A stretch of DNA of 64,000 nt. Source: Candidatus Uhrbacteria bacterium GW2011_GWF2_39_13. Its GTDB lineage: Bacteria > Patescibacteriota > Patescibacteriia > UBA9934 > GWF2-40-263. A program made the translations under genes and the position numbers. Numbering within the stretch: position 1 is the first letter of the stretch; each line of letters opens with the position of its first letter. The stretch spans positions 22,442 through 86,441 of the forward strand of contig LBWG01000001.1 of NCBI GenBank assembly GCA_000993535.1, in the 5' to 3' direction. Shown here piece by piece: positions 18,656 to 27,845 of this stretch. Below the pieces are notes generated by a model. The model was given only the letters and a program-made list of their open reading frames with translations, did no database searches and was not told the DNA's origin.

Positions 18656-18871
18656 TTATTTACATTTTACGCATTTCTTTTCCAGAAGCACAACAACAGC
18701 GGAAAGTCCCACAAGAATATAGATAAGTTTCACAAGTCCTGGCCATCCGCCAAAAAGAGCTTCAACAAGATTCCATCCAAGAAGTCCTACAAGACCCCAA
18801 TTAAGACCTCCTACCAAAACGAGCCACCAAGCAACACAATGCACACCGCACTTTCCTTGATTCAACATCAT
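18656..18871 (-). CDS. DUF378 family small membrane protein
   Basis: LVLVGGLNWGLVG...NLVEALFG...IYILVGLSA. Confidence 0.85.
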   Translation of the reverse strand: MMLNQGKCGVHCVAWWLVLVGGLNWGLVGLLGWNLVEALFGGWPGLVKLIYILVGLSAVVVLLEKKCVKCK

Positions 18872-18958
18872 AAAGAAAAAATAAAAGAAAATTTAATGTA
18901 AATATGTTAACATTTTGATGTTTAGTTAGATATCTAGTTATCCACACAAAAGAAAGCT

Positions 18959-20269
18959 ATGAAATTTCAATATAAAAAATCATCGCTGATTAAAGAAAGG
19001 GGGCTTGATCCCTTGCAGAAACGACTTGAACCTTACCGTAAAACTCTTCAAATCATTTCCCGATCAAATGAATATAACGAACCTGAATCATCAATCCAAC
19101 TTCCGCATGATCAATCGTTACAAAAAAAAATCCACGAAACAAGCAAACGTCTTCATTCTCCAACACTTCAATATGTGATTGTCATTGGAATTGGAGGATC
19201 TAATTTAGGCACTCAAGCGGTATATGAAACCATTGCAGGTTCTATGAATCTGTTGGTGGATCGTCTTCCAAAACTTATTTTTCTGGATACGGTAACAGAT
19301 GAAAAAATGACGGCTGTCACTCGTGTGTTAGAACGTCTGGTTACAAAAGAAGATTTTCTTATTATTTCTATTAGCAAATCTGGAACAACAACCGAAACTG
19401 TTGTGAATACAGAAGTATTATGGGCTTTTGTTGAAGAACACTTTGGTCCTTGCCAAGATCGTTTTGTTTTCATTACAGATGAAGGATCTAAACTTTGGCA
19501 TATTGCTGAAAGTAAAAAAATAGAATGCATAAGTGTGCCAAAACAAGTTGATGGACGTTTTAGCGTTTTCTCTGCTGTAGGACTCCTTCCCTTGTACTTG
19601 GCTGAAATTGACATAAAAGAATTAGTCAATGGCGCACAACAAGCGGTGACTGATGGAACCTCAGAAGATCTTTCAAAAAACCATTCACTTATTTCAGCGT
19701 GTCTTACCTATGCCAACCATCAACAAGGTCGTTCTATTCATAATACGTTTCTTTTTTCTCCAAAATTTGAAGCGCTTGGAAAATGGTACAGACAACTCAT
19801 GGGAGAATCTCTTGGAAAAGAAACCGATGTAGAAGGAAAGATCGTTCATGCAGGAATCATACCTATTGTATCCATAGGATCAACGGATCTGCATTCTATG
19901 GCTCAGTTATATTGGGGAGGACCAGATACGATCTACACAAACCTTCTTTATTCTTTTACAGGAGATGTCCATAAGATACCTCAGCATCTGGCATTACCAG
20001 GACTTGTAGCAAATATCCAAGGTTCATCCATTGAGTCTGTGATGAAAGCTCTCTATGGCGGGGTAAAAGCGGCTTATGAAAAAAAACAACGACCTTATAT
20101 TGAAATAGATCTTGAACAAGCAGATGCTTACGAACTTGGATATTATCTCCAGTTTCGAATGTTAGAAATGATGTATCTTGCCCGACTGATGAATCTCAAT
20201 GCGTTTGATCAACCGGCTGTAGAATTTTATAAAGAAGTGACAAGATCACTTTTACAAAAATCTCTTTAA
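18959..20269 (+). CDS. pgi: Glucose-6-phosphate isomerase family protein
   Basis: IGIGGSNLG, SKSGTTTET, GRFSVFSAVG, QLMGESLGK, DLHS, FDQPAVE..K. Confidence 0.88.
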   Translation: MKFQYKKSSLIKERGLDPLQKRLEPYRKTLQIISRSNEYNEPESSIQLPHDQSLQKKIHETSKRLHSPTLQYVIVIGIGGSNLGTQAVYETIAGSMNLLVDRLPKLIFLDTVTDEKMTAVTRVLERLVTKEDFLIISISKSGTTTETVVNTEVLWAFVEEHFGPCQDRFVFITDEGSKLWHIAESKKIECISVPKQVDGRFSVFSAVGLLPLYLAEIDIKELVNGAQQAVTDGTSEDLSKNHSLISACLTYANHQQGRSIHNTFLFSPKFEALGKWYRQLMGESLGKETDVEGKIVHAGIIPIVSIGSTDLHSMAQLYWGGPDTIYTNLLYSFTGDVHKIPQHLALPGLVANIQGSSIESVMKALYGGVKAAYEKKQRPYIEIDLEQADAYELGYYLQFRMLEMMYLARLMNLNAFDQPAVEFYKEVTRSLLQKSL

Positions 20270-20805
20270 CTTTCTGTGTAGATAAATTCAATGGAATCTA
20301 AAAGATCCTCGAAGACTTCAATCTCTTTTTCGTACGTGATCACAATAATTTTATCCTGAACCTCAACCGCAATCAGACGTGCAGGAGACACAGTAGTCCC
20401 TTCCCCGCTCAAAAAAAAGGCTTGTTGGCCTGCTAATTCTCCCACACGTTGTCCAGCCTCTCCTATGGGATAAAAAAAGGAAAAGTGATCACTCAACCAC
20501 TCGTGAGCGGACATTGTGGGCTCCTCAATACCTCTGATGGTAAAAAAATTGGTTTCTCCTTCGATTAAAAAAATGGTCTCAGAATCTTCTTGCGCTGGAC
20601 CAGCTAATTGTTCATCAGTAAGAGTATAGACAGCCATTCCTTTAGGAATATTAAAAGAATAGCCAAAATAAGTATTTTTATAAATCTCTAAATCGTCAGA
20701 AAAAGATTCAACAGATGGTTGTTCTGCTTGTGTGTCTGGAGCAGGAATCGTCCCACACCCAGAAAAAAACAGAAGAAAAATCAAAGAAAAAGAAAGATAT
20801 TTCAT
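20266..20805 (-). CDS. Putative lipoprotein (PsbP-like)
   Basis: Lipobox FSGC after a hydrophobic signal; YKNTYFGYSFNIP and C-terminal ...LLDSIEF pattern. Confidence 0.6.
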   Translation of the reverse strand: MKYLSFSLIFLLFFSGCGTIPAPDTQAEQPSVESFSDDLEIYKNTYFGYSFNIPKGMAVYTLTDEQLAGPAQEDSETIFLIEGETNFFTIRGIEEPTMSAHEWLSDHFSFFYPIGEAGQRVGELAGQQAFFLSGEGTTVSPARLIAVEVQDKIIVITYEKEIEVFEDLLDSIEFIYTES

Positions 20806-20845
20806 AACAATCGTTCAGATGAATCCAGTCTACCATGCCGATGCG

Positions 20846-20874
20846 TTGACAAAAAACAAAAAGTATGGCATACT
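20846..20874 (+). promoter_or_regulatory. Sigma70-type promoter for the RRM gene
   Basis: TTGACA-17bp-CATACT with extended -10 TG. Confidence 0.65.
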
Positions 20875-20965
20875 TCTACTGGTTCTCTTGTTCGTTCGTA
20901 ATAAGAGGTACCAGTTAATTCAATTTGGATTGTTTTCAAAAAACAATCAACTTGCACTCTTTATT

Positions 20966-21220
20966 GTGAACAACAAGCTATTTGTAGGTTCGTTGCCTTG
21001 GGGTGTTGACGATGCCCAATTGAATGAGATTTTCTCAGCTCATGGGTCAGTCGTTTCAGCACGTGTGATCACAGATCGTGACACAGGTCGCAGCCGCGGA
21101 TTCGGATTCGTCGAATACGCAGATGAAGCCGCAGCAACAGCCGCCATGGAAGCCCTAGACGGCACCATGATCGAAGGACGCACGATCTCTGTGTCTTTTG
21201 CCCGCCCAAAAGCGGAATAA
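20966..21220 (+). CDS. RRM RNA-binding protein
   Basis: RNP2 KLFVGSL and RNP1 RGFGFVEY; GTG start at 20966. Confidence 0.93.
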   Translation: MNNKLFVGSLPWGVDDAQLNEIFSAHGSVVSARVITDRDTGRSRGFGFVEYADEAAATAAMEALDGTMIEGRTISVSFARPKAE

Positions 21221-21260
21221 AATAAAAAAATACTCGGTATATCCGAGTGTTTTTTTATTT
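21221..21260 (+). terminator. Intrinsic terminator after the RRM gene
   Basis: AAAAAAATACTCGG-TATAT-CCGAGTGTTTTTTT. Confidence 0.7.
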
Positions 21261-21349
21261 CTAAAGAAATCTCTCCAAAACTTAGCAACGATGCCCTATT
21301 AAATAAAAACCCGCTTCATCCAATGTGTGGAAAAGCGGGAGAAACGAAC

Positions 21350-23149
21350 TTAAAGAACGACCTCCTTTTCAATCTCTGGAGGATTTTCTACCTGAGAAAG
21401 AAAAACTAACAAATTTTCACCAGAAAGTTCTTCATGAGTCAGGAGATCTCCCACAAGGGCTCCTACCAAAGATCTGTTATTAACAATAACGGACAGACTG
21501 CGTGCATAACAAGTCTTCAATAAACGTATAACCTCCTCATCGACAGTCTGTGCAGTCGTTTCTGACCAATCTGTCTCCTGAGTCAAAACACGATTGGACA
21601 AAACCTCGGAAAATCCATACTGGACAATGTAGTGATAAAGAATCGTATTGGCTCGACGCAGGTCGTCAGAGGCGCCAGTAGAAATTTTTCCACTCATTGT
21701 CTGTTCTGCAGCTCGACCTCCAAGAAGACACACGACGTCATCAAGAAGCTCATCGCTGCTGCGAAGAAGGGTGTCCGTCTCGTCTTGAGGAGCATTCAGA
21801 TTATACCCAAGAGCTCCGTGGGACGTAGGAATAATCGATACACGGGCTACTTGTTTGCTTCGACCCAAGGCAGCACTCACGGTTGCATGTCCTGCCTCGT
21901 GAACCGCAACGGTTTGCCTGTCGTTTTCACTCAGTCGTCGAGCAGTATCTTTATGACCCACAGCCACAATCTCTACCGCTCGAACCAAATGATCTGTCTT
22001 GATCGCGTTTGCTTCCTCTCGAGTGGCAATCAGAGCCGCTTCATTGAGCACATTCTCCAGAGCCGCTCCAGACATACCAGGCGTCAGACGAGCAATCTGA
22101 GTGTAGTCAATGCCATTGGTTACTTTGCCTTTGGCATGAACGCGTAGAATCTGTTCACGAGCCATCAAGCTTGGAAGCCCGACAAAAACTTTCCTCTCAA
22201 ACCGACGTTTGAGCGCTTCATCCAAATTATCCGGACGATTGGTTGCAGCAATAATAATAATGCCTGTCGTTTGCTCAAAACCGTCCATTTCTGCCAGAAG
22301 TTTATTGATCGTCTGATCACGTTCGCTGTCGCCAGAAGACATAACGTTTGAACGCTTGCTTCCGACAGCGTCGATCTCATCGATGAAGATGATACAAGGC
22401 GCCTTTCGACGGGCCTCAGCAAACAGACTCTGGACACGAACCGCACCCACACCGACAAACATTTCCACAAAATCGGATCCACTGATATGAATGAAGGGAA
22501 CTCCAGCTTCTCCTGCGGTTGCACGAGCCATGAGTGTTTTACCTGTACCCGGAGGACCGTAGAGAAGGACACCTTTTGGAATCTTCGCACCCAATCGAGA
22601 AAACCTCTTAGGATCTTTCAAAAAGGCAATTCCTTCTTGAAGTTGTTCTCTCACATTGTCATGACCGGCGACATCGGCAAATGTGGTGGTCACGTTCTGT
22701 GCCTGCCGACCTTTATGATTTGTAAAGTTCATCAAACTAGAAAACGTACTTTTCTGTTTATTAAAAAACCTTGGTAAAAACAGAAGCAGAATGATTCCGA
22801 CCCACAAAAACGTAATCCAATATTTAGAAAACCATCTTGATTCTCTGGCTCCATAAGCAACTCCATGTTCCAAGAGAGAACCTTCAAGTATCTCAGGCGT
22901 CCCAGCAATAACAGTCTTCCAAATCAGGTTGGATTTGATATCTTTGTTCAATTCCACACTACGATTGGGTGTTAGTTCTAACACCTTTTCTGTAATGATG
23001 ACCGATGTCACACGATCTGTCTGAATGAGGGTAAGGGCCTCAGAATAAGAGATGTCTTTGACGACAGAAGATCCAATAGATGAACTTAGATGGATGCTAA
23101 TAAAAACAAAGGTGAAAACAGCAAAGAAAACAAAGATCAAAAATCTCAT
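21350..23149 (-). CDS. ftsH: FtsH-family ATP-dependent zinc metalloprotease (divergent)
   Basis: Two TMs, Walker A GPPGTGKT, pore loop FVG, Walker B IFIDEID, HEAGH zinc motif, GGRAAE; start placed at ATG 23149 after SD AAGGGG. Confidence 0.88.
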   Translation of the reverse strand: MRFLIFVFFAVFTFVFISIHLSSSIGSSVVKDISYSEALTLIQTDRVTSVIITEKVLELTPNRSVELNKDIKSNLIWKTVIAGTPEILEGSLLEHGVAYGARESRWFSKYWITFLWVGIILLLFLPRFFNKQKSTFSSLMNFTNHKGRQAQNVTTTFADVAGHDNVREQLQEGIAFLKDPKRFSRLGAKIPKGVLLYGPPGTGKTLMARATAGEAGVPFIHISGSDFVEMFVGVGAVRVQSLFAEARRKAPCIIFIDEIDAVGSKRSNVMSSGDSERDQTINKLLAEMDGFEQTTGIIIIAATNRPDNLDEALKRRFERKVFVGLPSLMAREQILRVHAKGKVTNGIDYTQIARLTPGMSGAALENVLNEAALIATREEANAIKTDHLVRAVEIVAVGHKDTARRLSENDRQTVAVHEAGHATVSAALGRSKQVARVSIIPTSHGALGYNLNAPQDETDTLLRSSDELLDDVVCLLGGRAAEQTMSGKISTGASDDLRRANTILYHYIVQYGFSEVLSNRVLTQETDWSETTAQTVDEEVIRLLKTCYARSLSVIVNNRSLVGALVGDLLTHEELSGENLLVFLSQVENPPEIEKEVVL

Positions 23150-23321
23150 TGAATCATCCCCTTGGGTTATGATCGTAAATGTCTTTATAACAATGTACGA
23201 ACATAAAACGCTATCAAAAACACAGAAACGTGTCAACCAAAAAACCTCAAAAAACCTTAAAAAAGGATAAAAATCTTGAATCAAACAAAAAACGCGAGAT
23301 CTTGATTTCGCGTTTAAGAAG

Positions 23322-25319
23322 TTATTGAAGTTTTGCCCAAGTCCGGGCGCGTTCTTCAGGAATCATTTTGAGGAGTTTCCTTATTTTTGCCTCAGAGACA
23401 TCTGTTCCCAAGGCTCTGGATTTTACAAATATAGGAGATCCGACAATAAAGATTCTGTGCCAGGAATCCAATCTGACAAGACCATCCTCCTGTCGCATCT
23501 CCTCTCTCATATACGCCATCGTCCCCAGGAGAAGTTCGTGATAACAGGTTTCTCCTAGATTTAAATGAACGTCATCAAACGACTTCCAATTGACTCCCTC
23601 ATTCATAGACACAATAACCTCAGAGACAACCTGGCAAAGCTCTCTTCGAGATCGTTCATCATTCACGAATCTTTGGGCAAGCTCTCTGGGTGCACGACCC
23701 AAAGCTCTCCAAAAAATCGCCACATCAGGGGCATCAAATGTCGTCGCAGCATTTTGCAACAGAACGAGTAAACGATCACCTAAAAAGAGCGGCGGAAGTC
23801 GTTCAATATGATTCCTTATGAAGGAAAAATCAATTTCAACCAGATCCGAATCGATCAACAATTGTAAAGAAGCTTCGTGAAGTTCACTATCCAAAAGAAT
23901 CGTCAGAACAACCTCTTGTTGATATTTGGGGCTACACTGTCGTAATCCATCCAAAAAAATCTCCAGAGGCAAAATATGGGCACGGACAATCGCTATAAGA
24001 TCTTCTACATCAAGAGTCTCCCAAACAAGAGAAAGAGCAATGCTCACCAGAACAGATTGAAGATCTACGTCAGACTTACACATTTGTTCAAACAGAAGTA
24101 TATCTTTTCCTGAAGCAATCGCCAAAGCTATGGAGGGATCTAACAACAGAGCGTCTTTTTCATTTATTCGTATCAAGAGCGAATTCATCGCATTTTCATT
24201 GATGAATCCTGGATCCCATGTGCGAAATACTTCTATCTGACGTTCAATCTTTTCTCGAAGAATGGTCCATTGAGAATCGTCCAACGGCGTACGCAAACGA
24301 GCGGTTAAACGAGCACACACTCGATCAACCATTTCAAAATTCCCAAATTCCTTTAGAGCACTAACGGCAACGGCATATTCTCGTGCTCCCTCTAAAAATT
24401 CTTGCTGAGAAGGTGCTTGTGTCTGGGCCAAGAGAATCTGGGTATTAAGCCACCCACTTTCTAAAACGATCGGAAGAAGAAAATCACTTCTCCAGTCACT
24501 CCAATCTACTCGAAAACATCTAAAGAGGTTACATCTTGTTATAGCCTTATGAAGCATCTGACCAACATCACGTGTGTCTTTTGGTAAGGGAATAGAAACA
24601 GACTGCTCTTCACTGAGAGAATAAACCACCCTATCAGCTAAACCCTCCACGTCCTGTGCATCAATATAGGCAAGGTTGAGACGATCGGATTGGGTGATTT
24701 TATTTAGATTGGTAAATACCTCCAATTCAGCAGAAAGCTGCCTACGGTAGTTGCGAGCGGTCTTAATCAACTCACTAAAAAACAACGCAGAAGGTGCTTG
24801 CCAATGGGTAAGGATACTGCCTGTTTTGGAATGATCATGAGACTTGGGAAGAAACGTCTTAAATAACGATTCCTCTCCTCGTAAGAGAGCCTTCCAACCC
24901 AGCACAGAAACACTCATGCCGGGAACATAACCCAACGACACTGCCCGACGCACCAAGAGAATGACTTTTTGTATAAACGCTTGGGCAGCGGCTTCAGGCG
25001 TGTCATATTCTAAGAGAATTCCCCCATTGATTAGACGATCAACCCGCCCAGCCACTAATTGAGTTTGGGCTCTGGTATGCAACGTTTCTCCAATGAGATC
25101 CCCTATTTTCTGCATAATGACCCAGACACCCGAGAGAACAATCTCTTCAAGAGGTTCATCGCACCACACAAGAGACTCACCAGAAAGACGATGTTCTTTC
25201 TGCTGATTGTTCTTAAGGGCAAGAAGAAACATTCCGAATTCGGTTAAAAATAGACCTGGTTGTGAAGATTGATCCGATTGAGAAGAACCAATGAAAGGAA
25301 CAAGAGCGTGGCTGGTCAT
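23322..25319 (-). CDS. Large hypothetical protein (Leu-rich, probably all-helical)
   Basis: 665-aa ORF with SD AAGAGG; no family recognised. Confidence 0.8.
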   Translation of the reverse strand: MTSHALVPFIGSSQSDQSSQPGLFLTEFGMFLLALKNNQQKEHRLSGESLVWCDEPLEEIVLSGVWVIMQKIGDLIGETLHTRAQTQLVAGRVDRLINGGILLEYDTPEAAAQAFIQKVILLVRRAVSLGYVPGMSVSVLGWKALLRGEESLFKTFLPKSHDHSKTGSILTHWQAPSALFFSELIKTARNYRRQLSAELEVFTNLNKITQSDRLNLAYIDAQDVEGLADRVVYSLSEEQSVSIPLPKDTRDVGQMLHKAITRCNLFRCFRVDWSDWRSDFLLPIVLESGWLNTQILLAQTQAPSQQEFLEGAREYAVAVSALKEFGNFEMVDRVCARLTARLRTPLDDSQWTILREKIERQIEVFRTWDPGFINENAMNSLLIRINEKDALLLDPSIALAIASGKDILLFEQMCKSDVDLQSVLVSIALSLVWETLDVEDLIAIVRAHILPLEIFLDGLRQCSPKYQQEVVLTILLDSELHEASLQLLIDSDLVEIDFSFIRNHIERLPPLFLGDRLLVLLQNAATTFDAPDVAIFWRALGRAPRELAQRFVNDERSRRELCQVVSEVIVSMNEGVNWKSFDDVHLNLGETCYHELLLGTMAYMREEMRQEDGLVRLDSWHRIFIVGSPIFVKSRALGTDVSEAKIRKLLKMIPEERARTWAKLQ

Positions 25320-25424
25320 GACACACCTCTTAAAAGAATAGAATTGTTAAGTTGTAAACGAGCTCAGCAAAAAATCTGTCCATTTCTTTGCTCAGATCGT
25401 TACAGAAGAAGTTGAAAAGAATAT

Positions 25425-25466
25425 ACCCGATCGGCGCAGCGCTCTATGCGCAAACACCGACCGGGT
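25425..25466 (-). terminator. GC-rich hairpin, possible terminator inside the J-domain cluster
   Basis: Minus strand ACCCGGTCGGTG...GCGCCGATCGGGT followed by ATATTCTTTT. Confidence 0.5.
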
Positions 25467-25480
25467 CGTTGAATCGTAAC

Positions 25481-26203
25481 CTAGATATCGAGCTCTTCCG
25501 CGATCTTTCCAATCGCCCAATCAGATGTCTCTTCCATAAACGCCTTTGTTCGCTCACGCAGCTGCTTACGAGCAGCTGCAATGCTCAATTCACTGAATTC
25601 CGGCAGCTCATCCTGCTCGATAAGTCGAGTGAGCAGCTCCTGGGCCTCATCCGGATTCAAACCTACTTCCAACCAGACATCGGGGGTGATATCAGAAGCC
25701 TCACCACCATACTCATCAAAAATCGCAGCAACCAGGAGTACTCGCAGAGTCGAAGATCCCAACGGAAGATCTAGCTCCTGCTCCCAGTCAGGTCGATCCT
25801 TAAGGTTCAGAGCCCAGGCTCGCAACAACAGCGACGCTTCCAATCCGGATGTGGCATCATTCATACCTACATCCATCTCCAAAGCTGCCAGAACCGTCTG
25901 AATATCCACAATCTGAGCCGCAACAGACGGACGATCACCCATAACGGCGATCATTTCAGCGGTTGCTTCATCTGTAAGATGTGTACTGAGTAATTGTCGA
26001 ACCTGTGCAGGATCGCTCACCAGACTCACAATCTCTTCCAGAACTCGTGCCTGTACGGAAACAGAAAGCCTTTTTTCTCCATGAAGACTTCCAAGAGCCG
26101 TTAGCGCCATTCCCGGATCGTTTCGAACACGATCCTTGACATCCGCATCTCCACGAAGAAGCTGCACGAGAAGCACATCAGATCTTACGAGTTGAACAGA
26201 CAT
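25481..26203 (-). CDS. Hypothetical acidic helical protein
   Basis: ORF with strong SD GGGAGGAG before ATG 26203 (MSVQLVRS...); overlaps the upstream gene. Confidence 0.8.
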   Translation of the reverse strand: MSVQLVRSDVLLVQLLRGDADVKDRVRNDPGMALTALGSLHGEKRLSVSVQARVLEEIVSLVSDPAQVRQLLSTHLTDEATAEMIAVMGDRPSVAAQIVDIQTVLAALEMDVGMNDATSGLEASLLLRAWALNLKDRPDWEQELDLPLGSSTLRVLLVAAIFDEYGGEASDITPDVWLEVGLNPDEAQELLTRLIEQDELPEFSELSIAAARKQLRERTKAFMEETSDWAIGKIAEELDI

Positions 26204-26679
26204 CGTACTCCTCCCGTTTTTGTTGCTGGTTTCCACAAATTTGGAATTATCTGAGGAATACTTTGTGCATGGACGAGACAAACGATGATCTTGGCAAGAT
26301 AGATTCTGCCGCTCTCCACGCGAGAAAGAGTCTCTAAGAATGTTTTGAGTTCAGGCAAAGCTGAATCCAGGACAATTTCTACATCCTGGAGATTTGGATT
26401 AAACGGAATTTCGTCCGGATCCACGAAAGTGTCCTCAGCCTCTTCTCTCTCCTGAACATACTGTCTGTAACTGAGAAAAAGTTTTTCGCCAGCAGAATTC
26501 TTGGAATCCAAAAAGATACAACAGGTCATGAGGGCCGCAAAATCATGAACTTCAATCAATTCCTCTTCCACAATGCGTACAGGAGGAATCTGAAGCAAAG
26601 AACGCAACATCTGTCTTCGAATATCTTCTCCTGAAACATACGACCGAAAAGATGCCAAAAACTCTCTCTCCATTTCCAC
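26185..26679 (-). CDS. Hypothetical protein
   Basis: 164-aa ORF with SD AAGGAG; starts 3 nt after the J-domain gene stop. Confidence 0.75.
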   Translation of the reverse strand: MEMEREFLASFRSYVSGEDIRRQMLRSLLQIPPVRIVEEELIEVHDFAALMTCCIFLDSKNSAGEKLFLSYRQYVQEREEAEDTFVDPDEIPFNPNLQDVEIVLDSALPELKTFLETLSRVESGRIYLAKIIVCLVHAQSIPQIIPNLWKPATKTGGVRCLFNS

Positions 26680-26682
26680 TTG

Positions 26683-27177
26683 TTACTCCTTCGTTCCCTT
26701 TTGAGGAAGAATAAACAACCTCCCATTGGCTCCGCCGCCATGGCCTTGAGCCCCGCGATCAGATACTCGACAAAATAAATGAGAAGATCCAACCGGTATT
26801 TTCAAAACTTCACCAAGATGTTGAACATCAGGAAGTTCCACATACCCGTCTTTCTCCTGCAAAGCCAGGAGCAAATCTTCCCCGTCCCTGCGTGCAGCAG
26901 GAGCATGAGGAAGCATAAGAGAAAGCATACGTGAACCAGCCGGACTATTATTCAATAAATCCTTCATAGAAGTCACAGGACGAATTTGATAATCGTACAA
27001 TGCTCGACGCTCTGGATCCTTTAAAATCTCATAAGCGGCGACAATCTCCCTAAATCGTAGAAGATGAGCATCTCCATGACGATCAGGATGAGTTTCTCTG
27101 GCAAGAGTACGGTAAGCACGTTTTATTTGTCTCTGATCAGCATCCCGAGGGATGCCTAGAATCTCGTATAGATTCAT
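26683..27177 (-). CDS. Short J-domain protein (DnaJ-like, reduced C-terminal domain)
   Basis: NLYEILGI...IKRAYRTLARETHPD...AYEILKDPERRALYD; C-terminal DGEDL and GAQGHGGGANGRLFI remnants of DnaJ_C; SD AAGGAGG. Confidence 0.88.
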   Translation of the reverse strand: MNLYEILGIPRDADQRQIKRAYRTLARETHPDRHGDAHLLRFREIVAAYEILKDPERRALYDYQIRPVTSMKDLLNNSPAGSRMLSLMLPHAPAARRDGEDLLLALQEKDGYVELPDVQHLGEVLKIPVGSSHLFCRVSDRGAQGHGGGANGRLFILPQKGTKE

Positions 27178-27193
27178 GAATCCCTCCTTGTTG

Positions 27194-27242
27194 ATTGTAA
27201 AGAACAGAGATGGATCCTGCCCGAATTTCTCTTTTATGTCAA
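27194..27242 (-). promoter_or_regulatory. Promoter plus boxA-like element for the J-domain cluster
   Basis: Minus strand TTGACA-17bp-CAGGAT, then TGTTCTTTACAAT just downstream. Confidence 0.5.
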
Positions 27243-27262
27243 GAATTTAGGGGAGAAAACGA

Positions 27263-27838
27263 TCATTGTTGTGTGACAAAATTCCAATTCACATAATTCC
27301 AAAATCCATCAATATATGAACCTCGATCATTACGGTGATCGATATAATAGGCGTGTTCCCAAACATCCAAGGTTAAAAGAGGTGTTTCATTTGTTTGAGC
27401 AGGTGTTTGAGCATCATGGAATCCTTTGATGAACAGTTTCCTTCCTTCTCCCCTGACAAGCCAAGCCCATCCTGATCCAAAATGAGTCATGGCAGTATCC
27501 GTAAACTGATTTTTAAATGCTTCAAAAGATCCAAAATCTCTTTCAATGGCTAAAGCAAGCTCTCCTGTTGGAACTCCACCATTAGGACTCAAACAGTTCC
27601 AAAAAAAACTGTGGTTAAAATGCTGGGCTGCAAGATTAAACACTTTTTGATTTTGCTCCCGAGAAGTCGCAATGACCTGTTCCAGGGATCTGCCTTCGAA
27701 ATCGGTTCCCAAAACAGCAGCATTAAGCTTATTGACGTATCCAGCATGATGCTTGCCATGATGGTAACGAAATGTTTCTTCGCTCATCCAAGGAGCAAAC
27801 GCGTCTGAAGGAAAAGGAAGGTTTGGTAGTTCAAACAT
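27263..27838 (-). CDS. sodB: Superoxide dismutase, probably Fe-type
   Basis: MFELPNLP, HHGKHHAGY, FNLAAQHFNHSFFW, FGSGWAWL, DVWEHAYY; the AAQ motif is Fe-SOD-like; start at 27838. Confidence 0.92.
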   Translation of the reverse strand: MFELPNLPFPSDAFAPWMSEETFRYHHGKHHAGYVNKLNAAVLGTDFEGRSLEQVIATSREQNQKVFNLAAQHFNHSFFWNCLSPNGGVPTGELALAIERDFGSFEAFKNQFTDTAMTHFGSGWAWLVRGEGRKLFIKGFHDAQTPAQTNETPLLTLDVWEHAYYIDHRNDRGSYIDGFWNYVNWNFVTQQ

Positions 27839-27845
27839 AGTATTT

